Shown here: piece by piece, positions 24,195 to 33,406 of the stretch
How positions within the stretch are numbered: the stretch's first letter is position 1
Layout of the letters: each line of letters opens with the position of its first letter
IMG/VR virus record: IMGVR_UViG_3300043103_000123
Coordinates: 1 to 33,619 of that record
Reading direction: 5' to 3' (one strand)
DNA length: 33,619 nucleotides
DNA from: a virus
Lineage: Duplodnaviria > Caudoviricetes
Translations under genes and position numbers: made by a program
The notes under the pieces: model-generated
Told to the model about the DNA's origin: nothing
Databases searched by the model: none
What the model saw: the letters and a program-made list of their open reading frames with translations, nothing else

Positions 24195-24458
24195 TTAATC
24201 CTCAGAGTCTTCGTCTATAGCTTCCCGCAACTGTTCGTTTTCAGCTTCAAGACTAGCTATACGTGCTTTAAGCGATTCGTTTTCAGCTTCAAGACTAGAG
24301 TTAGTTTCAGCACTCAAACCAAGACTAGAAGGGTCTATCAGTTTGTTAGCTAAAGCTTTTGCTTCTTCGTCTGTTAGTTCAATCTTATCGCCTGTTACAT
24401 AGATTCGCTCAGGTGTATGATGCTTACCTGATTTAATAACATAAGTTCTTTTTGACAT
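24195..24458 (-). CDS. Small capsid-linked protein with a coiled-coil tail
   Basis: Y..GD.IELT.EEA..L motif; SLEAENE duplicated (23-bp direct repeat at 24234-24256 and 24276-24298). Confidence 0.75.
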   Translation of the reverse strand: MSKRTYVIKSGKHHTPERIYVTGDKIELTDEEAKALANKLIDPSSLGLSAETNSSLEAENESLKARIASLEAENEQLREAIDEDSED

Positions 24459-24483
24459 TTTTTAATTTAGTTAGATTTTATTA

Positions 24484-25434
24484 TTAGCTCCAGTGAGCAA
24501 CTCCACATTTACCATCTTTATCGGATTTAATGCGAGGAGCGCCTGCCATGAAAACCTTATATTCAGTTTCCATAACAGAAGTTTGCCAAGGAATATTACT
24601 AATATCTTGACCCATTGCAATATCAATAGTTTCGCTAGTAGCTTGGAACATTACGACGTTAGAGTTAGCCAAGTAATCTCCACAAACAACATCCTCGATA
24701 TCGGGAAGTTGTTTAATACGATCTAAGATAGTGTTATCGCCTTTGTTAGCTGAATAATCATCAGATAGATTAATCCAATAATTTTTCGGCACTGTTAGGA
24801 TATAAGGACCATACATATTATCGTTAAACAATGCCGCTAACATAGCTTTAACATCGGTATAGACGTTAGCAGGTGTAGCCCATGCGCTAGTGATAGATCC
24901 TGTGTTACGATTAGGAGCTGTAGTTAGACCATATACGGTATTACCTGCTACATTGATAGAAGGGGCACCGTTATAAATCATTGTTTCAAATTCATCTGCA
25001 ACAATACGTGTAGAGATTTCAATTTTAGTTGTATCTAACGGAGTTCCACCACGACGACTAGATGCAAGTTGACGAGCACCTTGCGCAAACTCTTTATGAA
25101 CGATTGGGATAGGTACTCCTACTTCTGCAAAAGTTAGACTATCTTGATTAGCACTTGTGCGACCGTCCATAGAGATATTAGCTCCAGCCATATCGCCACT
25201 TTGTTCATACATGCTAAGAACTACACCTAACCCACCTAAATTCTTAACTAGACCTTTACTTTTTAAAAGCTGAGTCATTTTAAGACGTTTACGGGCGATA
25301 GTTACTAAAGCAGTATCGTATAACATTTGATCGTCATGGCGCAACGAAGTAGCATTCGCTACAAGTAAACCATGTTCGTTTAAATGGGCGCAATTACCAC
25401 CACTGGCAAAAGCATTTTTTGCGTTACTTATCAT
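24484..25434 (-). CDS. Major capsid protein (HK97 fold, linocin/encapsulin-like branch)
   Basis: P.PI.HK.F....RQL..SR..G..LD......A...E.....G......YGL...P.R and GPY.L motifs; located in the head module. Confidence 0.92.
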   Translation of the reverse strand: MISNAKNAFASGGNCAHLNEHGLLVANATSLRHDDQMLYDTALVTIARKRLKMTQLLKSKGLVKNLGGLGVVLSMYEQSGDMAGANISMDGRTSANQDSLTFAEVGVPIPIVHKEFAQGARQLASSRRGGTPLDTTKIEISTRIVADEFETMIYNGAPSINVAGNTVYGLTTAPNRNTGSITSAWATPANVYTDVKAMLAALFNDNMYGPYILTVPKNYWINLSDDYSANKGDNTILDRIKQLPDIEDVVCGDYLANSNVVMFQATSETIDIAMGQDISNIPWQTSVMETEYKVFMAGAPRIKSDKDGKCGVAHWS

Positions 25435-25457
25435 TTTCTTATTTAGTTATATTTATA

Positions 25458-25898
25458 TTAGATTACACGCGCCATGATAAACACAGGGGAAGCACCCGCT
25501 GAGTTATCGACAGCTTCTAAAGCACGAAGTTTAGCAACTCCTATATTACGTTTAATAACATGCCCGTCACCATTGATTTCAAGCATATCATTAAATACAA
25601 TAGCACTAGCAGAAGCAGGTAATTTACATTGAACTTCCATACCTGTAACTAATGCGCGGGCGTAAACAGTTTCGCCGTTAGCATAAACAGTATCTTTATC
25701 TTTACCATTGATAGAATTTTCAATAGCAATAATCAAGGGACCATCTACACCCGCACCTGTTACGTTAGAACGAAGAAAAGTGTTAGCAGCGGATTGTTCA
25801 ACAAACAAACCGGGGAAAATGTTAGTTTCTCCTGCTTTGCTTTCAAACTGCAAAGCACGACCAGCACCTAAAATAATAATAGAATTATGAGCACTCAT
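25458..25898 (-). CDS. Head decoration / cement protein
   Basis: Small Ala/Gly-rich beta protein between protease and capsid genes; I.PG..V...A.E...A.EA motif. Confidence 0.75.
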   Translation of the reverse strand: MSAHNSIIILGAGRALQFESKAGETNIFPGLFVEQSAANTFLRSNVTGAGVDGPLIIAIENSINGKDKDTVYANGETVYARALVTGMEVQCKLPASASAIVFNDMLEINGDGHVIKRNIGVAKLRALEAVDNSAGASPVFIMARVI

Positions 25899-25922
25899 TA
25901 TATGTTATATTTATATGTTATA

Positions 25923-27254
25923 TTAGTCCCCAAGGATAACCGATGGGGCTTTGTATTCATTGTTTACAGGTTGCGCACCTGCAATACTATAGTCAACAGA
26001 CTTATCAACATTAACAAGTAGAGCGTCTAACGCATCTTCATTAAATGTAGCAACAATTTCTTTTGTAAGATTTTTGTTAGTAGCAAGAACCGTTTCGCGC
26101 TTCTTATCTAACCGTTTTTCTTCATTAGCTTGCAAACGTGCTAGTGTAGCAGCTTGCTCGTTACTGAGTCCGTTATAGATAGGAACGACAGTGTTAGTAA
26201 CTGTTTCTTTTGGTTTATTACAACCGCAATTAGTTTTAACTTCGTTTCCATCATCGTCAAAGTTAAATCCGTGCTTAGTAGCAGCTTCTTCTAACTTGGT
26301 ATCTTCACTATTTGCAAAAACTGTAGCGGCTACACCTAGGGCAACTGCTAAAGCATTAATGATAGCTTCTTTCTTTTTTGGTTTCATTGTATGTTTATTT
26401 ATTATTGTTTCAGCACTTACCGGAACATACTTTCGTTCTAACCGAACTTCGATATTTTCCCCGACAAGAATGATTGTTTCTGTTTCGTCAACTGTATAGT
26501 TACGACGAAAATATTTGTTAGAAAATTCGTAAACAAAATACTGGTCGAATATATCTAAAATATATGGCCAGTTATCATCGCCTAATTCAACTTTTAAAGA
26601 TTTATATATACCTTCTCTGATTTGATCGAATGATTTTTCGTTTACAAATAGACCTTTGATCCAATTGAAAAATCCTTTTTTAGTTTTATCTTCATTTGTT
26701 CTCATAGCACCGCAACCCTGTTTTATAGAACATGCACCTATAGAATCAGGTAATAATGCAATGTGATCGGGTCTAATGTTAGATATAACATAATCGTAAG
26801 ACTCTTCTTTATAAGTTCCTTTACTTTCTACAGTATCTCCAAAAAGACCTGTCGAAACTTCCATTAACTCATTACCTTCAAGCTTTTCAATTATATGTAT
26901 ATAACCAAGCTTCTTGGCTTTAGGTATATTTAACCATAACTCTCCTTTAAGAGATAAAGAATCAGAATCCCAAAAAGCATTATAAAATCTACCTATATTT
27001 ACATTATTCTCAGATATAACTGAATTAGCTGTTACATTCAAACCCTTTTCATCTGAAGGGTGATTAACAGGCACAGGAACACCGTTCCATGTATTAGCAA
27101 AAGTTTCTAACTCATTAGCTGAATAAAATATGTTATTTAAAACACCTTCTTTTATAGCTATACAAGGTATAACTAAGTGTTCAATTCCATCTAAATCTTT
27201 TCTGCTAGAAGTAGAAGCTAGAGCTATGTTAGCAAGTAGTAATAAAGGATTCAT
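25923..27254 (-). CDS. Prohead protease/scaffold (DUF2213-like)
   Basis: WNG.PV...HP, EVSTG, DHIALLP...GACS...GCG; C-terminal helical scaffold region. Confidence 0.85.
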   Translation of the reverse strand: MNPLLLLANIALASTSSRKDLDGIEHLVIPCIAIKEGVLNNIFYSANELETFANTWNGVPVPVNHPSDEKGLNVTANSVISENNVNIGRFYNAFWDSDSLSLKGELWLNIPKAKKLGYIHIIEKLEGNELMEVSTGLFGDTVESKGTYKEESYDYVISNIRPDHIALLPDSIGACSIKQGCGAMRTNEDKTKKGFFNWIKGLFVNEKSFDQIREGIYKSLKVELGDDNWPYILDIFDQYFVYEFSNKYFRRNYTVDETETIILVGENIEVRLERKYVPVSAETIINKHTMKPKKKEAIINALAVALGVAATVFANSEDTKLEEAATKHGFNFDDDGNEVKTNCGCNKPKETVTNTVVPIYNGLSNEQAATLARLQANEEKRLDKKRETVLATNKNLTKEIVATFNEDALDALLVNVDKSVDYSIAGAQPVNNEYKAPSVILGD

Positions 27255-27283
27255 TCGATCTCTCGTAATGTTTCCTGATTTAT

Positions 27284-27311
27284 ATTATACTATTGATAGA
27301 AACACAAGCAA
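27284..27311 (-). promoter_or_regulatory. Sigma70-like promoter for the head genes
   Basis: Minus strand TTGCTT-16 nt-TATAAT in the intergenic gap. Confidence 0.65.
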
Positions 27312-27315
27312 AAAA

Positions 27316-28128
27316 TCAAAGTTTTTCAATGTCAATGTATGCAGATACCGAACACCTACAATTTGGCTCACCTAACTTACTTAAAGCTTCATCTCTACTA
27401 TATATAACTAAATGTCTTGATCTATGACTAGCTCTTTCTCTACCGTCTATAGATGTTAGCCATTGCATTTTGATTTCCACACCTGTTTCATTTTCGAGTA
27501 GTTCCGCCTCTTTAATACTAGCTTGATTATGACTTTCAACTATCTCAGTTCTAGCTATAAGCTTTGCTCTAGTTATACCTATCGCATCGACTCTATTAAT
27601 CATAGCTTTAGCAACCTTCTTAGGGTTTTCACCTCTTAGCATACCTTCAGCTAACACTCTTGACATTTGACCCCTCATTACATCTGTAACATTTTTCATG
27701 TCATTGAAAACGCGCGTATAGATAAGCTCCGCTCTTTCGACATGCGCGGGATTTATGAAGGGTGAGTAGAAAGGGAGCTTTGCGAGGTTCACAATAGCCC
27801 TTTCCGCCGCAATACGGACCTTTCTAGCCCCCTTGTCATAAGCCTGACCGATGTGGACATTTAACCAATAGTTTTCGTTATTTATAGTTCCATCAGTTAG
27901 ACCTAAAATCTCTTGATCTATAAGTTTTTGCAATTCTCTGTTAAATTCAGGAATCTTATCTTGATCCCTCATATAAACATATTTATCAGGATCAACTATA
28001 CTAACATTAACAACTAGCTTACCTATATTTATAGAGTCTCTAACGAATTTTCTGATCTTAGAAAATCGCCTATCTATTTCTTTTGACGCTCTATTACGAA
28101 TCATCAAAGTTTTAGTAGGATCGTTCAT
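27316..28128 (-). CDS. Head morphogenesis protein (SPP1 gp7 / Mu gpF family)
   Basis: RAKLIARTE...W....DGR.R.SH...NCRC. Confidence 0.92.
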   Translation of the reverse strand: MNDPTKTLMIRNRASKEIDRRFSKIRKFVRDSINIGKLVVNVSIVDPDKYVYMRDQDKIPEFNRELQKLIDQEILGLTDGTINNENYWLNVHIGQAYDKGARKVRIAAERAIVNLAKLPFYSPFINPAHVERAELIYTRVFNDMKNVTDVMRGQMSRVLAEGMLRGENPKKVAKAMINRVDAIGITRAKLIARTEIVESHNQASIKEAELLENETGVEIKMQWLTSIDGRERASHRSRHLVIYSRDEALSKLGEPNCRCSVSAYIDIEKL

Positions 28129-29471
28129 TTTGCAACATGTAATTTGACTATTGGATTTTCTTTTAACGATCTATCAATTTCTTCGTTTTCTCTTTTAATA
28201 ATATCATCTATTTCATCTTCTCTGTATTCCATTTCTAAAACTTCTTCCACGAATTGTTTAGGTGGAATTATAGTTTCAGCAGTCATTGAATTAGCATAGG
28301 TAGCTATAGCAGAAGATTTTTTAGATGCAATTTCAGCTTTATCTTTATCACTAACATTTGTTAGAGATGGCCATTCACAACTATATTTAGTAGAAGAATG
28401 CTTTTTTAAAACACCCATTTCTATCATATAGTCAATAAACTTATTAATTATAAAAGGTTCGCAAAAATTCTTTTGTCTATTCTTAATTTGTTTACTCCAA
28501 TTAGTTTCATCTTGTGAGCTTCCCAATTCCCCTGCTTCGTTACCTAATAAAATACGTTTTGGGATAGCTGTAGTCCCTGCAATAATACTTATACATATAT
28601 CAAATTGATCTTTTGGACTATCTATTTTTTGAGTTATTGCCTGTATTTTAATACCTTTAGTTCTAACAACTCTTGTTAGATTATGTTGGTAGTTTTCAAT
28701 TTCCTCTTTTAAAGCTTTCTTATCTTCTGGATTTCCTAAATCAGCATCTGCATCGGCTTCTAACGACATACCTCCTCTTGCGTTAAGCCAAAAAATTTCA
28801 GCACTTCCACCGCTAACTTTTTCAAGGTCTATCAGTTTATTCCATATAGGTTCTAACACGCTTTGACCTATATATTCTTTATCAAGAGTTCTTTCTGCTA
28901 TATGAATAACTCTTGAATGATGAACTTCCCTTTTTACTTCAGTTGTTAGTTCCGTTCCATCTAATAAAGTTAGTTCATACATTTCAGGTAAACCAAATCG
29001 TTTATCTTGTGGATCTGTAACGTAACTTTTAATATGCGCAACATCTTCAGCTAAAGGTTTTAAAAATATAGCTTCTGTATTTTTATTAGCAGGTTCTTTT
29101 AAATCTTTACCGTCTTTAAAACCTATATACAAAACGGCATATCTTCCAAGATTAACAAGAGTATCTAACTTTTTAATCTTTTGCCAAAAATCAAGACTAT
29201 CTAACAAAATATCAACTTCATTTTCCCATGGAGTTCTATCTTGCTCTTTCTTGTTTTCTATAATTAAAGGAGGATTAGCCCAGCATTCACTAGGATAAGC
29301 GTCAACTATACGTGTAGCAATATCACCTCTTTTATACTTATCTCTAAAGTCTTTAATTGCTAAAGTATCAGGATAACCGAAAATAGTCCAAGTATCTCGT
29401 TTACCGTTATGAGTCATACCCATACCTAAGCTAGATCTTGCTAAATCATATAAATTTGTTAGAATGTTCAT
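28125..29471 (-). CDS. Portal protein (DUF1073 family)
   Basis: Y.R..IA.RIVD..P..CW, RFG.P..Y, H.SRVIH, IP.RIL.G...G...S..D...W; follows the terminase. Confidence 0.92.
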   Translation of the reverse strand: MNILTNLYDLARSSLGMGMTHNGKRDTWTIFGYPDTLAIKDFRDKYKRGDIATRIVDAYPSECWANPPLIIENKKEQDRTPWENEVDILLDSLDFWQKIKKLDTLVNLGRYAVLYIGFKDGKDLKEPANKNTEAIFLKPLAEDVAHIKSYVTDPQDKRFGLPEMYELTLLDGTELTTEVKREVHHSRVIHIAERTLDKEYIGQSVLEPIWNKLIDLEKVSGGSAEIFWLNARGGMSLEADADADLGNPEDKKALKEEIENYQHNLTRVVRTKGIKIQAITQKIDSPKDQFDICISIIAGTTAIPKRILLGNEAGELGSSQDETNWSKQIKNRQKNFCEPFIINKFIDYMIEMGVLKKHSSTKYSCEWPSLTNVSDKDKAEIASKKSSAIATYANSMTAETIIPPKQFVEEVLEMEYREDEIDDIIKRENEEIDRSLKENPIVKLHVAK

Positions 29472-29572
29472 TTGTGTGTATCTATTAAAATTCTATCTGT
29501 AAAACATATAAACGCTATTAAAATAAATAAAGTTATTGGTATCGAAAGTAATAATAGTATTGAGATTTTCAT
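29468..29572 (-). CDS. Small single-TM peptide (34 aa, MKISILLLLSIPITLFILIAFICFTDRILIDTHK), not in the ORF track
   Basis: Fills the terL-portal gap, with ATGA overlap on the portal start. Confidence 0.6.
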   Translation of the reverse strand: MKISILLLLSIPITLFILIAFICFTDRILIDTHK

Positions 29573-29577
29573 AAATT

Positions 29578-31062
29578 TTACCAAGTTCCTGCTTCTTTTT
29601 TATTAGGCATGAATACGACATCTATTGCATCTAACATAGTATCTACCTGATCGTCGTTAGAATGAGTCATGTCACCGGAGAACTCTAATAATTCTGTCTT
29701 GAAGTCAAGAGTAAAATTTGACGATTCTGGTATGAATACCTTACCGCTTGCAACGTATGGGACACAATCCATCGCACGAGTTAACTTATCAATATTTCTT
29801 TGTATAGCTTTAATAGGTATAGCAGGTAAAGATTGCTTTCTTATATATTGAATCAATCCAGTTCCGCTTGCTTTATCTTCTACATAAGCACACCTTAATC
29901 TTCCCATTGTAGAAGTAGGGTTATAATGTTTAGACCAGAAAGCGTTAAAATTAGCATTAAGTTCTGGAGCTTCCCATTTACCTCTTAATTGATCCATTAG
30001 ATATATGTTACCTTCTAACACCCCCCATAATTGTAAAACAGAATAGTCATTAACTTGTTTCGTCTTTTGAGCTGTATCGGCTGTTATAAATCTATATTCA
30101 GGTATAATTGAACCTAATTTATAGTATCGTAACCATGACTCTTTAAATATACCACCTCCTAACGGTGCGGGATCTTGATCGTATTGTGCAGAGTATGTAT
30201 AAACATCGGCTTGTTTTAAATTTTCTAACTCGTCTAAGTTATGCTTGTATATCCACAATGGGCCATCTGGTAAGTTATGGGGAATAGGTATAGCGTGGCT
30301 ATATTCTTTTCTTTTCTTTTTAGAGTCTATTAATGCAGGTAAATTAAGATGGTGAAACTTGCAATTCATTCCACCATTTAAAAGAAATGCACTTGGATCT
30401 TTTACACTAATCCTTTGCATAATAACAATTAAAGGTGTTTCGCTTTCTTTCATTAGACGAGAACGAAAAACACTGTTAAATCTGTTATTAATCTTTTCTA
30501 CCATAATATCCCGATTACCGTCATCAGGTTTAATCGGATCATCTACTATAAAAGCACCGCTAAAACCTTCTTCTGGTTGTCCCGCTCTAAAACCTGTAAT
30601 CGGTCCCCCTGCCGCTCTAGCTTGTAAACCTCCACCCTTTTTATTCTTCCAAGCACCTTTAGCTTTAGTGTCAGTTCTAAGTTTAGTGGGCCATAGAGCT
30701 TGATATTGCGGAGAAACTATTATATCTCTAACTTTAGTAGAATTTTCTAACGCTAAATTGTTAGAATAGGTAGGATGAATAAACCTACATCTAGGATTTT
30801 TAGCTAAACACCATGCAATGAAATGAACTACAGCTAACTCTGTTTTAGTATATCCCGGCGGCATGTTTATAACAAGCCTTTTTATCTTTCCATTATATAC
30901 ATCTTCTAAGGTTCTTGCTAACAGTTTGTGATGTTCTGATATAATCATTTTATCACCCATTACCTCTTTAAAAAAGTAACGGCAAAAACTTAAAAAGTCT
31001 TGCTCTAACTGGTAGCGCAAGACTTTTAAAGCTTTCTTTGATTCTGTTATATTTTCTAACAT
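29578..31062 (-). CDS. terL: Terminase large subunit
   Basis: Walker A-like INMPPGYTKT, Walker B IVDDP, IMQR, RNase H-like ADTA, EDKASG, DDQVD. Confidence 0.97.
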   Translation of the reverse strand: MLENITESKKALKVLRYQLEQDFLSFCRYFFKEVMGDKMIISEHHKLLARTLEDVYNGKIKRLVINMPPGYTKTELAVVHFIAWCLAKNPRCRFIHPTYSNNLALENSTKVRDIIVSPQYQALWPTKLRTDTKAKGAWKNKKGGGLQARAAGGPITGFRAGQPEEGFSGAFIVDDPIKPDDGNRDIMVEKINNRFNSVFRSRLMKESETPLIVIMQRISVKDPSAFLLNGGMNCKFHHLNLPALIDSKKKRKEYSHAIPIPHNLPDGPLWIYKHNLDELENLKQADVYTYSAQYDQDPAPLGGGIFKESWLRYYKLGSIIPEYRFITADTAQKTKQVNDYSVLQLWGVLEGNIYLMDQLRGKWEAPELNANFNAFWSKHYNPTSTMGRLRCAYVEDKASGTGLIQYIRKQSLPAIPIKAIQRNIDKLTRAMDCVPYVASGKVFIPESSNFTLDFKTELLEFSGDMTHSNDDQVDTMLDAIDVVFMPNKKEAGTW

Positions 31063-31263
31063 TTACACAGCACTTACTTCAGGTTGTTCTGATAATTCTT
31101 TTATTATAGCTCGCCCGTCTTTACAATAACATTTAAAATCTAACTGATTCATTTCTGCCATGGTGCAAAATATACATTCATCTTTATGTTCCTTGTATGC
31201 TACTAAAAGATCAAAACATTTTTCTGGTATAGTTCCGTTTTCGATTTTAATTTTTATAGCCAT
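31063..31263 (-). CDS. Small Cys-containing hypothetical protein
   Basis: H...C..C...C.C..G; tightly packed in the operon. Confidence 0.65.
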   Translation of the reverse strand: MAIKIKIENGTIPEKCFDLLVAYKEHKDECIFCTMAEMNQLDFKCYCKDGRAIIKELSEQPEVSAV

Positions 31264-31264
31264 G

Positions 31265-31594
31265 TTAGTATGTAGTATTAAATTCTTTTGCTATACTTGC
31301 TATTTCTTCATGAGTTAGATTATCTTCTTCAATTAGATCATCTTCTTCATTATCTTTCCAACCTTTTAACTCTGCTATTAATTCCCATGCTCTAACTCTA
31401 GCAGCTTGGTTCCTAGAAGTTCTATCAACAGCTTCTATATATAATTGACTAATAACTGTATCTTTAGTTATTTCAGGAATATAAATATCGTCAAAAGCAT
31501 TTATAGCTTTTGAGACTGTAGGTGGACCTTTCGCCCATTTAGGGTTAGGTGCAAAATCAGGTATTCCTGAAGTATCTATATCGTCGTCATCCAT
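31265..31594 (-). CDS. Putative terminase small subunit
   Basis: IT...V...L..EA......ARV.A.E..A...G motif upstream of terL. Confidence 0.65.
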   Translation of the reverse strand: MDDDDIDTSGIPDFAPNPKWAKGPPTVSKAINAFDDIYIPEITKDTVISQLYIEAVDRTSRNQAARVRAWELIAELKGWKDNEEDDLIEEDNLTHEEIASIAKEFNTTY

Positions 31595-32081
31595 TTATAT
31601 AATTATCAAAAACATTCAAAGAATCTTCTAACGTATTAACACAAACAACCTTGTAACCTTGTGAATCTAACATAAGCATCATGATTCTTTGATCGTCACT
31701 AGGTTTATTTCTTTTAGTTTTAAATTCTATGTATAAACCATTATAACCCTTTTTAGGTATAGGTAAAAATGTATCTGGTATTCCACTTGTAACACCTTCT
31801 GCTTTTAATCTACCTGCTTCTATCTTGTTTCTAGTTCCACCGTTAGGAATAGCATGAAATAAGTATAAATAAGGATTTTGTAAGTAGTAAGTTGAAAGGT
31901 ATTTAAAAAAGTTTTTTTGTAGATCATGCTCGTCTCCCTTATAAGCTTCGTCATAAGGTCTAAGCAAATTAATGTTAGAAGGTAAATCAAAAGACTCACC
32001 GTATTTTTCTGCTAGTTTTGCTTTAACCAAAAAGGGTATCATATTCAGCGGCGATTTTATTTTTAATTGTGGATTTTGCAA
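31587..32081 (-). CDS. VRR-NUC domain nuclease (start may be ATG 32042)
   Basis: E...Q, AIPNGG.R...EA..LK.EGV..G.PD...LYIE.K......S..Q...GY. Confidence 0.9.
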   Translation of the reverse strand: MQNPQLKIKSPLNMIPFLVKAKLAEKYGESFDLPSNINLLRPYDEAYKGDEHDLQKNFFKYLSTYYLQNPYLYLFHAIPNGGTRNKIEAGRLKAEGVTSGIPDTFLPIPKKGYNGLYIEFKTKRNKPSDDQRIMMLMLDSQGYKVVCVNTLEDSLNVFDNYING

Positions 32082-32409
32082 CTTTTTTAATCGGACTTGA
32101 AACTTTATTTTCTTCGATGTTTCTTAATATACGATTAGCGCAAGATTGAACCATTAACGGATAACTTATAGCATATCCGCTACCAGCATTTAAATCATCT
32201 ATAGTTACAAGATGTTTGTGTATATGATCTATTTGATCCCATGACATTTTTAACCAACTTGTCAGAGTATCAAAGTCCTTATCACTTATAACAGGAGAAG
32301 CTAATCTATAGTAAAGATATGAATGTATTAACCACCATGACAAGCATTGATTAGCAGACTTTATATTTTGAATTATAGAATCAGGGTGTTTAGTTTTAAT
32401 ATGTTTCAT
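32023..32409 (-). CDS. Stand-alone NAD-dependent DNA ligase domain Ia-like protein
   Basis: HSYLYY....PVISD..FD.L resembles the LigA N-terminus; no KxDG catalytic motif. Confidence 0.75.
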   Translation of the reverse strand: MKHIKTKHPDSIIQNIKSANQCLSWWLIHSYLYYRLASPVISDKDFDTLTSWLKMSWDQIDHIHKHLVTIDDLNAGSGYAISYPLMVQSCANRILRNIEENKVSSPIKKVAKSTIKNKIAAEYDTLFG

Positions 32410-32418
32410 GGCGGGAAA

Positions 32419-32446
32419 AGTTTACTATTATGCAGAATCAAGTCAA
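32419..32446 (-). promoter_or_regulatory. Sigma70-like promoter (near-leaderless)
   Basis: Minus strand TTGACT-16 nt-TAAACT, 9 nt before ATG 32409. Confidence 0.65.
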
Positions 32447-32528
32447 GAGGGATTTCCACATTTTGCGCTCTGATAAAGTATCTTTAGTTTCAAATTTTGC
32501 AATCTATAGTTAAATTATTACCATTACA

Positions 32529-32860
32529 CCTTGTATCCTCTTTTCCTAGTATCCTTTATCCTATTATCCCCTTATCCCCTATCCTTATCCCTGTCTTTTA
32601 CCCCTTTATTTATCCCCTCTATAACCTATATAAAATATAAGAATTGTATTAAAATTGAATGAGAATTAATAAGAAATTAGATTTTCAGAAAGCCTAGGAA
32701 AGTCAAAAGTTGTATCCTTGTATCCTCTATCTTATATAAAGAAAAAAGGGGATAGAAGGTCGGCAAAAGACAGACTAAAACGGCACTCTGTCAGAAAAAC
32801 CTATTAATTTAGCCCATGAGAAAAGATACCGCTTGACTGTATCCTCCTATCCTTTATCCT
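32529..32860. repeat. TATCC repeat cluster with an AT-rich core; candidate replication origin
   Basis: 13 direct TATCC copies plus 1 inverted; CCTTGTATCCTCT at 32529 and 32716; AT-rich stretch at about 32620-32685. Confidence 0.6.
32833..32860 (+). promoter_or_regulatory. Sigma70-like promoter (near-leaderless)
   Basis: TTGACT-16 nt-TATCCT, 9 nt before ATG 32870. Confidence 0.6.
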
Positions 32861-32869
32861 CCCTCCGTC

Positions 32870-33406
32870 ATGAGCAGCACAATCGAAAACATCAAAATAA
32901 TAAAAGAACATATTGTATATAATTCTATCACTCAAGAATTTTTAGATATAAACGGAAAGGATAGAAAACACTTTAAAAAACTACAAAACAGATGGTATAT
33001 TTCTATAAAGATAAATTTAAAACAATATGTCGTATCATGTCATCAGTTTATATATTATTTGTATCATCCTTATATCACAGATAAATTACCTAATCTAACA
33101 TTTATAGGATCTTATAATAATCTAACAATTGAAAACATTTGTAAGAAAGACGATAAAGTTTACAATAGATCTGAAAACAGTCTAACAATAACACCTAAAT
33201 CAAAAATATATTTTAACAATTCTAAAGACAGAGATACAGTTATATCTATTATAAAAGAAATGGGTTTTATGTATGCAACATCGGCAAAGGATTTAAAAAG
33301 AAAACAAAATATAATTGATATAAAAGAAATAAAAAAAGCATCGAATGGACTTTACCCCATTCGATGCGAAACTGAGAAATGGATATGTGGAAATCCTACT
33401 TTTTAA
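32870..33406 (+). CDS. Degenerate HNH-endonuclease-like protein
   Basis: Y.SI.I....Y....HQFIY...H......NNL.IEN. resembles phage HNH proteins, but the DH catalytic site is absent. Confidence 0.5.
   Translation: MSSTIENIKIIKEHIVYNSITQEFLDINGKDRKHFKKLQNRWYISIKINLKQYVVSCHQFIYYLYHPYITDKLPNLTFIGSYNNLTIENICKKDDKVYNRSENSLTITPKSKIYFNNSKDRDTVISIIKEMGFMYATSAKDLKRKQNIIDIKEIKKASNGLYPIRCETEKWICGNPTF

Noticed and set aside
24484-25434. Encapsulin/linocin bacteriocin
   Set aside because: It sits in a full head module with portal, protease and terminase, so it is the major capsid protein.
28125-29471. Anti-CBASS Acb1 label sometimes attached to DUF1073 proteins
   Set aside because: Size, motifs and position indicate a portal; I saw no separate 2H phosphoesterase domain.
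8703-31062. Many 60-160 aa + strand ORFs opposite the structural genes (e.g. 10153, 10801, 19519, 26191, 30359)
   Set aside because: Antisense shadows of well-supported genes, with no motifs.
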